DNA of 63,098 nucleotides, counting the filler, from Octopus bimaculoides (lineage: Eukaryota), in NCBI RefSeq assembly GCF_001194135.2. It is 5 parts of 4 records of this genome, joined end to end, with 100 filler letters (N's around TTAATTAATTAA, not from the genome) between each part and the next. Parts side by side here need not be neighbours in the genome. Positions count along the whole stretch, not along the records: positions 47,315 to 63,098 come from NC_068994.1; 4 more parts are not named here. One strand, given 5' to 3'. Positions 48,656 through 62,039 of this stretch are shown here, piece after piece (within the stretch, counting starts at the first letter, position 1; every line of letters starts with the position of its first letter). Position numbers and translations under genes: made by a program. The notes beneath the pieces are model-generated. The model was not told where the DNA came from and did not search any database. It saw nothing but the letters and a program-made list of their open reading frames with translations.

Positions 48656-50064
48656 CTCTCGGAAATCGGTTGTTGGTAAAAGGATGGGATATGCATGGTT
48701 TAGGTACCCAAGTCATGTTGTATGTCACTAACTGTGTTATCTTTAGGTAGATATTTTGGGTGTTGCAGCACCGGGGTCCACAAGCCCATTAATAAAATTT
48801 TATTATTTATTCGCGAAATAAGAATCCAATTCTTCAGTGTAGCCTCCAGTTTCGGAAGCAGTTTAGATATATGAGAAAGCGCCACGCGGAGCGGTGTGAA
48901 TGTTAAATTTATGGGTTCGGCTTCATACCATGTGGCGCGTTATGTATTTGAACAAAGCACGCCATTTCACATTACTTCATTAAACTTTACTAAAAATTAC
49001 TACCAGCAACAACTGGAGGGAAGATTAAGCCTGTGATTGACTCGCGTCAAGTTCAAGGGATAGCTTAAACGCTACTGGAACCAGAATACGCTCGAATTTA
49101 ATGGGCTTGAAGGCTCAAGAGAGGCTTTTGTTTATATAGATATATACAAGGCTAAAAAATATGTATTTTATTCCTAAGTTGTATAACTTTTTGTTTATTC
49201 CTTTTCTGAATATGTAGCAATATTTCGGTGAAACAGAATATAATTTATTCCGCACGTAAAACAATGGATCACGTACTTATATAAATAATATATCAAAGGC
49301 TACAAATAAATGAAGCAGAAAATATAAACATTTAATGTTTCACTGTTTCAAGTGTGTTTTTATCAGTCAATCAATTCATCCGTTTTATTGCCGACACAAA
49401 ATTCGTCTTCCTTGCAACATTTTTTCGAATCGTACTGAGCCCTGCAAGCTATGTGACTTGGTTACTTCTCTTAGATGCCTACTGAATGCCACATGATACC
49501 AGTAGAAGTTATCAGTTTAAAATAAATCATTTATATTTATAAATTATATGTCACATGGTCTTATCTTCTGATTCGCATGGTCACCTTCAGATATGGAGTA
49601 ATAATATACAGTATCCATATACAGTGGACAGTAGAATGAATGGATTGTTATTAATGGCTTGCTATGTTGTTATCCATTGATTTCATATTTTAGTGCAAGC
49701 ACAGACATCGTAGATATGAGACTATGTAATGTGAGACTCTAACCTTCCAATTTAACACCTACAACCTGATTGTTAGATGTCTTTATTGAAGTTCGCTGTT
49801 GCAAGCATTAAGGTATTGACATAGAAATTTAGGCCACGTCAATTTCAGAAGTCTGAGGGCCCTATAAATATTATGTGCACTGCCACTTCTCATATGGCTG
49901 ACTTCCAAACATCAAAACAGTGCCTCTGCGATAAGAGTTTATTTATTCTTTACACCAAATTTAAGCGTGTTGGCTTCTTGTTACAAACCACACCAACTCC
50001 TCCTATATGTTACAAATTCTATGCTTTGTCTAGAGAAAATTGTGGCTGCAGAAAACTGAAATAC

Positions 50065-50743
50065 ATGATGATGATGATGACTGTCCACTCGTGACCGAGG
50101 AAGACCATCACTAACCATTGCCAATGTAAAGTGCCAGCAATGCTTATACATGATATTATTGCATTAGCTATCAGCTTCACCCGGGTTCGCATCCACAGTT
50201 TCCATGCTCGCGATGCTCTCCTACTCTACTGAGCATTGGATAGTTGCCTCACTGGCAATTGTACAACTCAAAACTTTAGGTCCAATAAGACTTGCATAGA
50301 ACTTCATAGACACTCTCCACCTTGCTGAGAGAATCCAAAGACGAGCCAGAGCAAGATATTCAGTGCCGATATGAGTCACTGGCTCAGGAATGTGGAAGCG
50401 CCATGATCTCAAGCGCAAGCAAAAGATCCCCCAAAATGTTCAATGCCACCCTCTCCATATCTGGTTTTATAGTAGAGTGACCTTCTGCTAAAGGTATACT
50501 TTAACAAAAACTAAAGGGTGCCTCACTCCCAGTGGTCTTCCAGCACCCCAGGCGCCAAATCGGAATTTTTGAGGGTGTGTGCTATTGCTAGAAAGTCATT
50601 CATCCGTCTTTCTGATAGGATTTGCTTTTAGTCCTGCAGCGTTTCTAGCAACCCTCCTCACCAGGCAATCCGAGTGGGAATGCCAGTTTAGTCGGTGATG
50701 ACCAGAAGCACTCATGAAAAACCTCACAAGTGACCTGACATTA
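50065..50743 (-). mobile_element. RTE-related short/deleted element
   Basis: 3' end ATGGTCTTCCTCGGTCACGAGTGGAC-(TCA/GAT)n shared with the 54510 element; interior degenerate. Confidence 0.55.
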
Positions 50744-53700
50744 ACATACATACATACATACATACATGATGGTTGCCAACTCGATTTCGCGTAGAGCCAT
50801 TGCCTGACTGCTTTATGCCCTAGAATATCATCGATGAGCTGCACGAATATGGCTTTTGAGGCCTGCCAATGACTTGCATGCTTTTTGACAATTAGTGCAA
50901 GAAAACTTGGTAATTGTATAGTTTACAGCTCCATGAACTTTACTATGCCTTTTCAAGCCACTTTTTGATCTGCATACTTTATGACAGAGTATGCATTCGA
51001 AATCATCTGTCCATCTGTAATCAATGTGCGGTTGTGCAATGCATGATTTCATACGGCTCTTTAGCCCAGCTTTACTAAGACAAATTTTTCCATATTCATC
51101 ACATGTAAGATCATCATGTTCATTAATGCTTGTTAGAACATCATTCCTGTCACTGTTTCTCATCTTTCTTTTGATCTTTGCATGCTCCACTCTCCTCCTT
51201 TCAAATTCATTTTTGCCTTCATACACAACTTTTCTCCATTTTTCTCAGCAATGCGCAAAATCTTCCCAGTTGTCAATTGGAACATTTATCTTATTCAATC
51301 CCGACTTCAGACATTCTTTGTACCTCATCTTTGTTTTATGGGACGGACGCTTACTTGTCACCGATTCTCCGTAAAAAAAAGTTGTTTAGACATTCTGTTG
51401 TCTGTCATTCTGACTAAGTGTCCACTCCATCTCAATCTGTTCCAGCTGATCCGCAAAATCCTTGAGACATTGTTGATGCAAACGTTCCATAAATTTTAAG
51501 TGCTTACGATACACAGTCCCGGTTTCAACAAGCATACAATAAAGAGGTTAAGATACATGTATTGTATACCTTAATCTTTGTCGCAGTGGAAATACCATGT
51601 CTAGACCATAGGCGATCTTCCAGTTTGCCAAAAGCAAAACTGGCTTTCTGAATGCGTAGTGACACTTCATCATTAAGATTTGCTGATGTATTTAGTGTGC
51701 TCCCTAAGTAAACAAACTTAGAAACCACAGCAAGTTTTCTTCCATACACAAAGATACCAGGTTCTATGTATGGCATTCCTGGTGCTGGCTGAAACATGAC
51801 AACAGTTTTGGTTAGATTTATGGCTAAGCCAAGTGCCTCACAAGCTATTGAAATTGCATTCATAGGATTTTGCATGTCCTCCTCAGTATAAATGACAATA
51901 TCGCAATCATCTGCATAGAGGAGGTCTCTAATAAGAGTTGTCGACGTCCTTGACTTAGCTGACAGTCTTCTGATGTTAAAGATTTTTCCTGTTGTGCGAT
52001 ATCTGATATATATGCCTTCATAGGAGCCTTTGAAAGCCAATTGAAAAACTATATTAAAATAGAGGGTGAAGAGAGTGGGTGCTAGTATGTTACCTTGTTT
52101 TACCCCATTCATAACAGAGACAGGCTCCGAGAGCACTCCACCAATATTGATCCTTACTTCCATGCCATCATGAAACTGCTTCAGAATAGTGTGAAATTTT
52201 ACCGGGCATCCAAGTCGCCTCAAAATCTCTCACAAGGTAGTTAGATTGACAGAGTCATAAGCCTTAGTAAGATCAAGGAATACCTGATAAAGTCCTATTG
52301 GCTGTTCCACACACTTTTCCTGTAACTGCCATGCAGAGAAGATTATATCAACAGTACCTCTACCATTTCTTAATCCACTCTATGATTCAGGAAGAATCTC
52401 ATTAGCCACATATATCTGCAGCCGGTCCAACATTATTCGTGATAAAACTTTGCTGGTTGTAGCAAGCAGGAAAATACCACGAAAGTTATTGCATTCATCC
52501 TTTTGTCCCGTACCCTTGAACACAACTTCCATGATTGCATCCTTCCAGTCTCTTGGCATAACTTCATTTTCCCATATCCTTTGTATTACGTCTGTCATCA
52601 TTTCTAGCAAGTAGTAACCCCCAAACTTAAATAGTTCTACATTCAGACTATCAACTACCATTGTTCAGCTTTGCCATTGCTCAGCTTTGATACTGCTTTT
52701 ATTGTTTCCTCCACTGACGGGGTACCATCTAAGAACTCAATGGGTGTATTTTGTGGAATCATATCAATACTTTTTTCATCAACAACTGATGGTCGATTCA
52801 TAAGTTCATTGAAATGTTCCTCCCATCGTTTTAAGATGTCTTTGGGCTCCCTCAATAAAACACCATTCCTATTCTTCACATGAGCCAAAGTAGGACACGA
52901 AAGAGAGTATATAATAACTTAGTGTTCTTAACATTGGAAGGAGCCTCTATCTCTTCTGCTTTCTTCTGCCACCAAGTATCCTGCATGCTTCGAAACTTTC
53001 TTTGCACATCTGTTTTTATCTCTTTGAAAAAAGCTCTATTTTGGTCAGAATCATTTGTTAGTAATGAATGCAATGCCTCGTTTTTCTTCCTACAAATGTT
53101 GAATATTTCCATCACTTTCATCAAACCAATCTTGATGCTTCTTCTTCTTTACTCCCAAAACTTCTTTACTTAAATTGTATAGTTGTCCTCTGAAGTCCAT
53201 CCACTCATCTGTCCAATCCAATTTTTTTATTTTCTGCTGAAATTATACTCCAACTGTTTTATCCTTAAGGAGATTCACATTCAGACGTTTAGGGATACCA
53301 GTGCTACTTTGTCTACTTTTTGGCTTCGCTACAAACTTAATCATCCCACGAACCAAGCGATGATCTGTCCAACATTCTGCTCCCCCGCATAACCTGCACT
53401 ATACAGAAATCTCGCTTTCTAGTTATAATATAGTCTATAAGGTGCCGTTGTTTTGAACCGGGGTGCATCCATGTAGTTTTCAACTTATCTTTTTGCTGAA
53501 AAGCGGTGCTCATAATAGATTCAGCTCAGAACACATTTGTAACAAAAGTAAGCCATTGCTGTTACAATTTCCCACTCCGTGTCTGCTAATCACACTCCAT
53601 GTCTCATGATCTTTACCAACTCTAGCATTCAAATCGCCCAATATGATAATCTTATCCTCGTGTGTAATTTTGCGGATATTTTCTTTCAGCACATCATAAA

Positions 53701-54509
53701 AGGAGAACTTTTCCTTTTCACTTTCATTCATAGTTGGTACATAAACACTAGCAAGTGTTACATACCGACTTTTTGTAAAGGCAACCTCAGCAATATCATT
53801 CTATCATTTACCCTGTATGGTAATTCCTCTAACCTATCAACCAAGGGGGTTTTCAGAGCAAAAGCAACACCACTTTCTTTTTTGCAATTTTCTTTTTCTT
53901 CTTTCTCAATCCTTGCCCAAGAAATATTGTCTCTGATAATGCTATAATGTCCATTGCATACCTTTGCATCTCCTTACCAATAAGAGCAGACCTTCTNNNN
54001 NNNNNNTTTCTTTTTTGCAATTTTCTTTTTCTTCTTTCTCAATCCTTGCCCAAGAAATCTTGTCTCTGATAATGCTACAATGTCCATTGCATACCTTTGC
54101 ATCTCCTTACCAATAAGAGCAGACCTTCTCTCTGGATATCTTGTATTTGATTCCGTATCTAATAATGTTCTTACATTCCAGCATCCAATATTAATGGAAA
54201 CTTTTCTGTTACTGTTGCTGCACGCAATGGCAGGATGACGACAGAGCCCAGACTGCGATACCCTGGGGCACCTGCCGGGCTAGACCTGTTCACCTCTGGA
54301 TCCCAAGCCCATTTTGCTATTTACATTTTCATAGTTTATGGATCTCATAATTGTATTTAAGCCTTTTTTCGAGGTACGACCAGCTCGTGCAATTTCAGCA
54401 AAATTTGCTCAAGCAATACCCGAGTCAGAAACTTTTTGAAATGAGTAGAGGGCTTATACTCACCCAATCCCACTATCTAAGTACCAAAAACATAACCCAT
54501 AAAGTGGAA
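50744..54509 (-). mobile_element. near-full-length RTE LINE, decayed (APE + RT + three C-terminal zinc fingers)
   Basis: IGCWNVRTLL, IVALSET, LGDLNARVG, FRGIFLL, GVKQG..LAPTLF, DLLYADD, FVYLGS, then CxxC..H fingers and a (TGTA)n tail; multiple frameshifts. Confidence 0.93.
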
Positions 54510-56900
54510 TACATACATACATACATACATACATACATACATACATACATACATACATACATACATACATACATACATACATGATGGTCGTCCATTCGTG
54601 ACCGAGGAAGACCATTTCTGACCTTTAGGAACATTGTGCGCTCTAGGACTAACTTATATTTTGGATACACGACTGCAAACATTGCAGTGCATTTTCGAAC
54701 AGCATGCTTAAAATCTTCATGAAGAGTACGTGCTCTTTCAAAGGTGTCGACTCCCTCCTTAACCTGCTTCCTCTGTCTGTGGCGATGACAGGCATTGCTC
54801 CTCCAGTCGGTCTCCTACATATCACAGGCCTTTAATGGGGGCTTGACACAGCCCTTAAATCGCAGCCTTGCTTCTGCCAGGGTCTCTTCCTACTAACAAG
54901 TTCCCCATATAGCATCTGTTTAGTGATCCTACAATCCTTCATTTTGATAAGGTGTCCAGTCGAACGTAATTGGTGCTTGTGCACCATCGCCTCAGTACTC
55001 AAGATATCAGCTTTCTTCAAGACCTGTGAGTCTTGAGTTTTTAAGGTTCAGCTAACATTCAGAATGTGTCTCAGACATCTCTGATGGAAGCGTTCAAGGA
55101 CCCTTACATGACGTTTGTAAGGGGCCATGTCTCACATGAGTAAAGGAGCGATGTCAGTATATATGTACGGTACACAGCAATTTTTGTTTGCCTTGTGATG
55201 CCATGCTGGGACCAGACACGAGACTCAAGAGACCGGAAGGAATCAGTTGCTCTCTGCAGTCTGAAAAATGTTTCATCATTCAAGGAGCAAGAACGGCTGA
55301 GCGTGCTGCCCAGGTAGACAAACTTGTCTACCACTTTCAGTACTGTTCCTTCAACCAAGATGGCTGGTTCCACGTTTGGATTTCCTGGTGCGGGCTGGAA
55401 CATGACAACAGTCTTGTCCAGTTAATGCTGAATCCAGATGCCTTACAAGAAGCAGAAATACGATTCATAAGTATTTGCACGTCATGCATTGTATGAGTGA
55501 CTAAGTCACAGTCATCTGCATAAAAGAGGTCACAAATAAGAGACTGGAAAACTTTTGAATTGGCAGCAAATTGGTGCAGACTAAAGAAGCAGTCAGAAGA
55601 TCGATACCTGACATATATTCTCAGAGAGCCAACCTTAGCAAAATCATGAACATGAGTAAAAGCAGTAGTAAAGTACAAAGAAAAGAGAGTTGGGCGAGGA
55701 TGTCACCCTGCTTGACACAGGAATAGGTCCCGCCATGCCACCACCAACACTGACCCAAGCCGCCATCCCATCATGAAATGATTTAATTAAAGATACAAAG
55801 TGATCCGGACATCCAAGTTCGCCAAGTATTTTCCATAGCAAGGCCCTATTCACAGTATCGAAGGCCTTGTCCCTCTACCAGATCGGAAGCCACATTGAGA
55901 TTCAGATAGGACATCATTTACGAGACACCCATTCAGGCGGGTAAGAAGAATATTTGCCAGAACCTTTCTAGCAGCTGATAGTAGAACAATACCACTGTAG
56001 TTACCATGCATTATTCCGGCTCCTTTTCTTTTATAGAGAGGAGGAATAACTGCATCCTTCAGACTACACTAATAAGTTCATGAAGGGACTGTATGATGTA
56101 ATCACCATCAAATCGCAAGACCTCAGCACAAATTCCATCTCTTCCAAGTGCCCTACCAAGATTCAGTTTACTTATTGCTGTCATTACCTCATCTATTGAG
56201 GGCATGGAATTTAAGGAGTCAATGAGAGGTCTTTGTTGCATAGTATCAATCACTGTTTCATCCACAACTGACTCACAGTTCAGGAGTTTAGAGAAGTGTT
56301 CAATCCAGCGACCTGTGAATTCTGTTGATTTAGTAAAAAGAGTAGAAGACTTCTTGGAAAATAAAGGAGCTGATGCTCTTAGACCCATAAACTTGCTTCA
56401 TAAGATGGACATCACGAGCAAGATCCTCCCACCAAGTGTTCTGCATCTTCCTGAGAGATCGCTGCAGTAGTGATTTTACACTGTTATAGTGGGCAAGTGC
56501 TAGGTTTCGCTGCACAGCTGAAAGTCCTCTGTGCAGCAATACATTGTAGGCATAGCGCTTTACAACCAATAGTCGCTGAACTTCAGCATCATTTTCATCA
56601 AACCAGTCTGTGTCTGGTAGTAGCATATCCCAGTTTTTCAGCAGCACATTGAAGAATCTGGTCCCCGAAAATCTTCCCATACTGTAGTATTTCCAATGCT
56701 GTGCAAAATTATTTCCATACCCATAATTATTTATGTTGTTCCTTAAGTGAATGTATGAAGCAACCCGAAAACTTGTTTGCCGTGTTCTTACATAGAGTCT
56801 TTTTGATTCAATCTTGGCATACATGTCAACAACAAATTGTTAAAATAAATCCCTACTTCGATGCAATAAATTAAAACTGAAGGGTCTAAGCATAAGATGA
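54510..56900 (-). mobile_element. 5'-truncated RTE LINE, decayed
   Basis: ALGRDGICAEV, DLFYADDCDL, KFVYLGSTL, QMLYGEL, single degenerate C-terminal finger, (TGTA)n tail. Confidence 0.92.
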
Positions 56901-57899
56901 AATGCATTAAAATCCATACACGATACAGTTTTTCTAGAGGAATACCAAAGTGATATCCGTCTGTTCCATATGGAAAAGGCAACTGGACCTGGAACCATGT
57001 GGTTGGGAAGCAAACTTCATANNNNNNNNNNNNNNNNNNNNNNNNNNNNNNNNNNNNNNNNNNNNNNNNNNNNNNNNNNNNNNNNNNNNNNNNNNNNNNN
57101 NNNNNNNNNNNNNNNNNNNNNNNNNNNNNNNNNNNNNNNNNNNNNNNNNNNNNNNNNNNNNNNNNNNNNNNNNNNNNNNNNNNNNNNNNNNNNNNNNNNN
57201 NNNNNNNNNNNNNNNNNNNNNNNNNNNNNNNNNNNNNNNNNNNNNNNNNNNNNNNNNNNNNNNNNNNNNNNNNNNNNNNNNNNNNNNNNNNNNNNNNNNN
57301 NNNNNNNNNNNNNNNNNNTTATTTAAGAACGGTTACATAAAAAGTAAACTAAAACTTAAATTATCTATTAGCATAAAGCCTCGATTCATTTTAAAATATT
57401 ATGACCCAGTAGAATTTCTCATGCTTTCAATCACCCCCAAGATGGCAAAAGGGTTAGTTTTCTATCTACTTTTCCCAGCTTTGAAACAGATAAGAAGAAT
57501 ATTATCATTCTCGGAAAAGAGAAACCAAAGATTAAGCTGAAAATCAAAACCGAAGTGGACTGCAAGGTATGTCATCGTTATTTTGATTGAAAGTATTTTG
57601 AATAGTCTGAGTGAATGACGAGATGACCCATTCTGAACAAATTTTTCTGTTTCCCATGCCTGTTCGTTTGTCAGTATAAGAACACATTTTCTCAGCTTTG
57701 AAGTGATATTGAAAATGAATATCACTTTGAAGTGATATTCAAAACGAAATAATTTAATTGTATAGCTGTTACAAGTGAATGTGTAATTAAGCCAATAAAC
57801 GAAACAAAAACCAGCATTTGTTGCTGTTATATTTGGTGAGACTACAGACCTTCGAATGAAATCTTAACTGTCACACGTTTTGTGATTTGTTGAGGAGAA

Positions 57900-58330
57900 A
57901 GAAAAGCTTCAAGAAAGGTTTAGGGAATCAGTCGATGTCAGTAAAGAGAGAAAAGCTGCATCACTGACAGAAGTTGTACATTGTTATACACATTCACTTA
58001 ATTTGGTACGCTCTCAATCAGCTTCCAAACTTTAAAAAGGATTTCGACTTTTTCTCAACGTTGACGGCTTGAATAGCCCCTACCAGATGAAATCGTTGGA
58101 AGGTGATTTCCAAAGTTATATGTACGTTTCTGGTGACTTACTAACTACTTCAAAACGGTGCATCGTAGGGAGAAAACTATTTTCATTTTCAGACTCGCCA
58201 TATCTAACAGTGCCCATTGGTCTAACAGGTTCACACTTTAGCAGATTCTCCAAGACCAGTAGATTGTTGCCGTTAATGTTGTAGTTGAACTGTTGTATGT
58301 TGACAGCTGCCGTAGAGAATTTCAGAGAGA
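57900..58330 (+). mobile_element. hAT transposase remnant (ZMYM1-like group)
   Basis: VVHCYTHSLNLVRSQSAS (cf. HCYAHxLNL) and PKLYVRFW (cf. TRW motif). Confidence 0.55.
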
Positions 58331-58625
58331 TGTCTTTGGGAAGCCTTACGGATGGATTATAGAGTTATTCGAAGGCCCGGTCTTGTTACATTTTGTGTTA
58401 TCCTGATTCAGCTTCAGAATTACATGAAGAGTTTAGGTATCTGTGGAATACTCAACCACTAAAGTTTGTAGTGGTTCGGTACATCAAACATCGTGGAAAC
58501 CGACGAAGGATATACTAATGTTTTAATGTATTTTTGGTGAATAATTTATTGATGCATGGTATGATTCGTGCGAAGCAATTCGATTGGGAATATGTGTATG
58601 TGTATGTACATATATAGAAACACAT

Positions 58626-58674
<49 letters not shown>

Positions 58675-59289
58675 CTTACACACACTCACACACCAACTCT
58701 AAATCAATATGGTGGTAGTGTTATTTTGAGTACATAGCAACAGCAATGAATTTTTCAGTTAATTTTAGAGACATGATGTATTGTGTTTTTGCAACAGTAA
58801 CTATCACACTTTTACGTAATAGCACGTCATAAGATCGTTAGAATTAATTAACTCTACGTGAAAATATATTAATAGTCTGTTCTGAATGAACTTGGAGTGA
58901 CTAGATCCCTCGAGGGGACTTGCGCATCTAGCAACTGGATTATTGTGATTTTCGTTCCGGTTCTGCATGGAACCACTTCGTTTTAATTACGCCCACCAAT
59001 ACGTTTAATAAAGACATGACGTCACAACTTAGCATTTCACTAACCCACTCTACCAGCAATTAGGAACTTCTGTAAGAAACATCAGTTATATCATTAGATA
59101 GAGATTGGTATTAAGTAGAACAACATCAATCAACGACGAATTTAGCTTCATTTATACTCTCTTTTTTTTGTTTAACCAGTGGAAAGAGTTATTCCTATGA
59201 CAAGACCTCCCAGACTGGTGGGTGCGAGTATTCTCAAACTGGAAACACGGCTTTAATAACAGAATTGCCTTTAATAAATGGACCCAGAA

Positions 59290-59582
59290 ACCAGGTGGAG
59301 ATGTTTAAAGGAGCGACGGATTAAGTCTACCATCTAATGCTTCGTGGAAGAAGGTGGAAGTCACAAGTTTTCGTTTTCTTCAACATCTTTCGTGACTTTG
59401 TAACATACAGTTAAAACGTGACACATAGGTAGAAATAAAAAGATGATATTAAAGGTGTGTCAGATATAGCAAACCACCATAGGGGACAGTTCCAGAATCC
59501 CGGAAACTGGTGGGGAAAATCAGCGTTGGTAAGAATTTATCCGAAGATTTAATAGAATGCCGAAGTTCGGTGGCTGTTAGGA
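59290..59582 (+). mobile_element. hAT transposase remnant (Charlie/GTF2IRD2-like group)
   Basis: NHHRGQFQ...AEVRWLLG (cf. LNHRQF, HTEVRWLS). Confidence 0.55.
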
Positions 59583-60127
59583 GTGTAATGTTTGTTTCCA
59601 ACTTTTACAAATAGACACATACACACACATATGCACGCGCGCACACACACACACACACACACNNNNNNNNNNNNNNNNNNNNNNNNNNNNNNNNNNNNNN
59701 NNNNNNNNNNNNNNNNNNNNNNNNNNNNNNNNNNNNNNNNNNNNNNNNNNNNNNNNNNNNNNNNNNNNNNNNNNNNNNNNNNNNNNNNNNNNNNNNNNNN
59801 NNNNNNNNNNNNNNNNNNNNNNNNNNNNNNNNNNNNNNNNNNNNNNNNNNNNNNNNNNNNNNNNNNNNNNNNNNNNNNNNNNNNNNNNNNNNNNNNNNNN
59901 NNNNNNNNNNNNNNNNNNNNNNNNNNNNNNNNNNNNNNNNNNNNNNNNNNNNNNNNNNNNNNNNNNNNNNNNNNNNNNNNNNNNNNNNNNNNNNNNNNNN
60001 NNNNNNNNNNNNNNNNNNNNNNNNNNNNNNNNNNNNNNNNNNNNNNNNNNNNNNNNNNNNNNNNNNNNNNNNNNNNNNNNNNNNNNNNNNNNNNNNNNNN
60101 NNNNNNNNNNNNNNNNNNNNNNNNNNN

Positions 60128-60165
60128 GCAACCCATGGTCATTCGTGACCGAAGGGTGTTTTTAA
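60128..60165 (+). mobile_element. SINE 3' end (family of 1125-1453)
   Basis: GCAACCCATGGTCATTCGTGACCGAAGGG emerging from a gap. Confidence 0.7.
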
Positions 60166-60178
60166 CCTTATTTATATA

Positions 60179-60225
<47 letters not shown>

Positions 60226-60849
60226 GTGCGCGCGCGCACGCGCGTGTGTGTGTTTACGTAAATATCGAACGATGAAATGAGTGTTCAACACCGCATTGGT
60301 GGATATATAATCTCTTTATTTGTGAGTTAAGGCTACCACTGGGTTCATGTTAAGAAAAGTAAGAAAATATCCTGGTGTCTTGTCAATTTTTCAAGCCGAT
60401 CACATGGAGAAAGGTGCTCGCCTCCATTTTGGAAAACAGTCTCGCTTTGTTCACGGGATTTCTCGTAAATTCGCATAAATAAAACAATGAATCAATGAAT
60501 CAAGAAACGTTACTCTTCAGTAGCATGTTTTGGATGTTTGTCTCCGTTGGTTAAATTCTTTTGTGATTAATTTGTTTGCATTATTTTGCATTATTTTGTT
60601 TTTGTTCTGGGCATGGTGTTCTTGTACTTGTATGTTGAGGTAGTTCGTCATTGGGGCATATTTTTTCTTTGTGTAAAGTTTGTATGCTATGTGTGTTCAC
60701 GTTTAGGAAAGGGGCTATGATAGTTTTGCAGTTCCATGTTGTTGGTGTCTTTATAAACACCATCAGTGGAGGTCCCCATGCATGAAATCTTCCCATGCTT
60801 ATAACTCCTCTCTACATTGTATGATCAAATTAACGAGTGGGTGGCTTTA

Positions 60850-61005
60850 TGGTCGCTCTAACTGCTAGAAGTAGCAGCCTAACATTCTGATCCATTGAAG
60901 GAGATTTAAGGTAGTCGACCCGTCAGCTAGAAATAGCAGCCTTCATTCACGATCCAATGAGGGAGATTCTATGATTGTTCCGACTGCTAAAAATAGCTGC
61001 CAAAT
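60850..61005. repeat. ~61-bp degenerate tandem repeat, 3 units
   Basis: CTGCTAGAAGTAGCAG-like motif at 60862, 60924, 60984. Confidence 0.75.
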
Positions 61006-61620
61006 CTCACAACTAACTCAGGAAGCACTTTGTAGCTGGTTAGCATGCTCGAATAGAAGCCTAACATCCTCCTTACCATACCTTACTGTCTCAAAGGACT
61101 ATTCCTACATATTGCTGGAGAGTTTTGACAGTCGCGGTTAGAAAGCCTTTATCCAAATAACTACTCGAGCAGACTATCGACATTAACACCCCATCCCTAT
61201 GGTTTTATATAATGTATCCTTTAAATGTACTTCGTATGGTACATATAGCGCAGTCAATAAAGAGCTTTAATATATACTTTGCGGTAACAACTATACTGAG
61301 TTTATTAGACTGTTTTCGCGCCAGTCGAAAACTTTTCCATATTTGACGACAACTGACAGATTTAAACTGGACAACTGAAGCTGCACCTGACCTTGTCATT
61401 TGGATGAACCGGTCGATGGACAGTTGTCTAAAATTGAATCACATTGATCTGGTCCGTATTCCTGACACTGTAGCGTGAGACTAAATCAACTTTATCAGGG
61501 CTTTTTCTATCAAATACATGAAATATCTTCTGATATTGAGTGCTTTTTAAGAAGTACATTTGCAACATTACTTTTAAATACTTGTTTGATGTCTCTGTTT
61601 TGGCTGATGTTGTTTAGCAC

Positions 61621-61810
61621 CCGTTATCTGAGTGATACCATACAATACTCTACAGCTTTCAGAGTGATTTCATACGACAATCAACGGTTATCTGAGTAAT
61701 ACTCTTGACACTCAAAGACTGTCTTCGTGTTACCATGTGACATTCAACTGTTATCTGAATCACTCAGTAGTCGAAGGCTGTCTTAGTGATACTATATACC
61801 AATTTGATTG
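61621..61810. repeat. ~32-bp degenerate minisatellite, ~6 units
   Basis: GTTATCTGA at 61623, 61687, 61750 with intervening half-period units. Confidence 0.65.
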
Positions 61811-62039
61811 TGTATGCGAGACCGCAATGTGTCCTTTTTTAATTATTTATCACAGTATAGAGCAATTTGCGGGAGGTTTGGCCGTAGTTTCTAGTAGCTC
61901 CCACGTTGACTTCTTAAAGTTTGTATGAGGGAAGACTGTCTGGCGACTCTAACTTTACTCACATTACCTTTTTATAATATATTTTATATTTTATATATGC
62001 TAAGATGTTTGTTATACAACACTTATGTGAAACAGGCAA

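Noticed and set aside
53875-54129. 122-bp direct duplication inside the RTE endonuclease region
   Set aside because: The copies flank an 11-N gap and differ at two bases; most likely overlapping contig ends or alleles.
60850-61810. CRISPR-like appearance of regularly spaced repeats
   Set aside because: Eukaryotic context, degenerate repeats, mutually homologous spacers, no cas genes.
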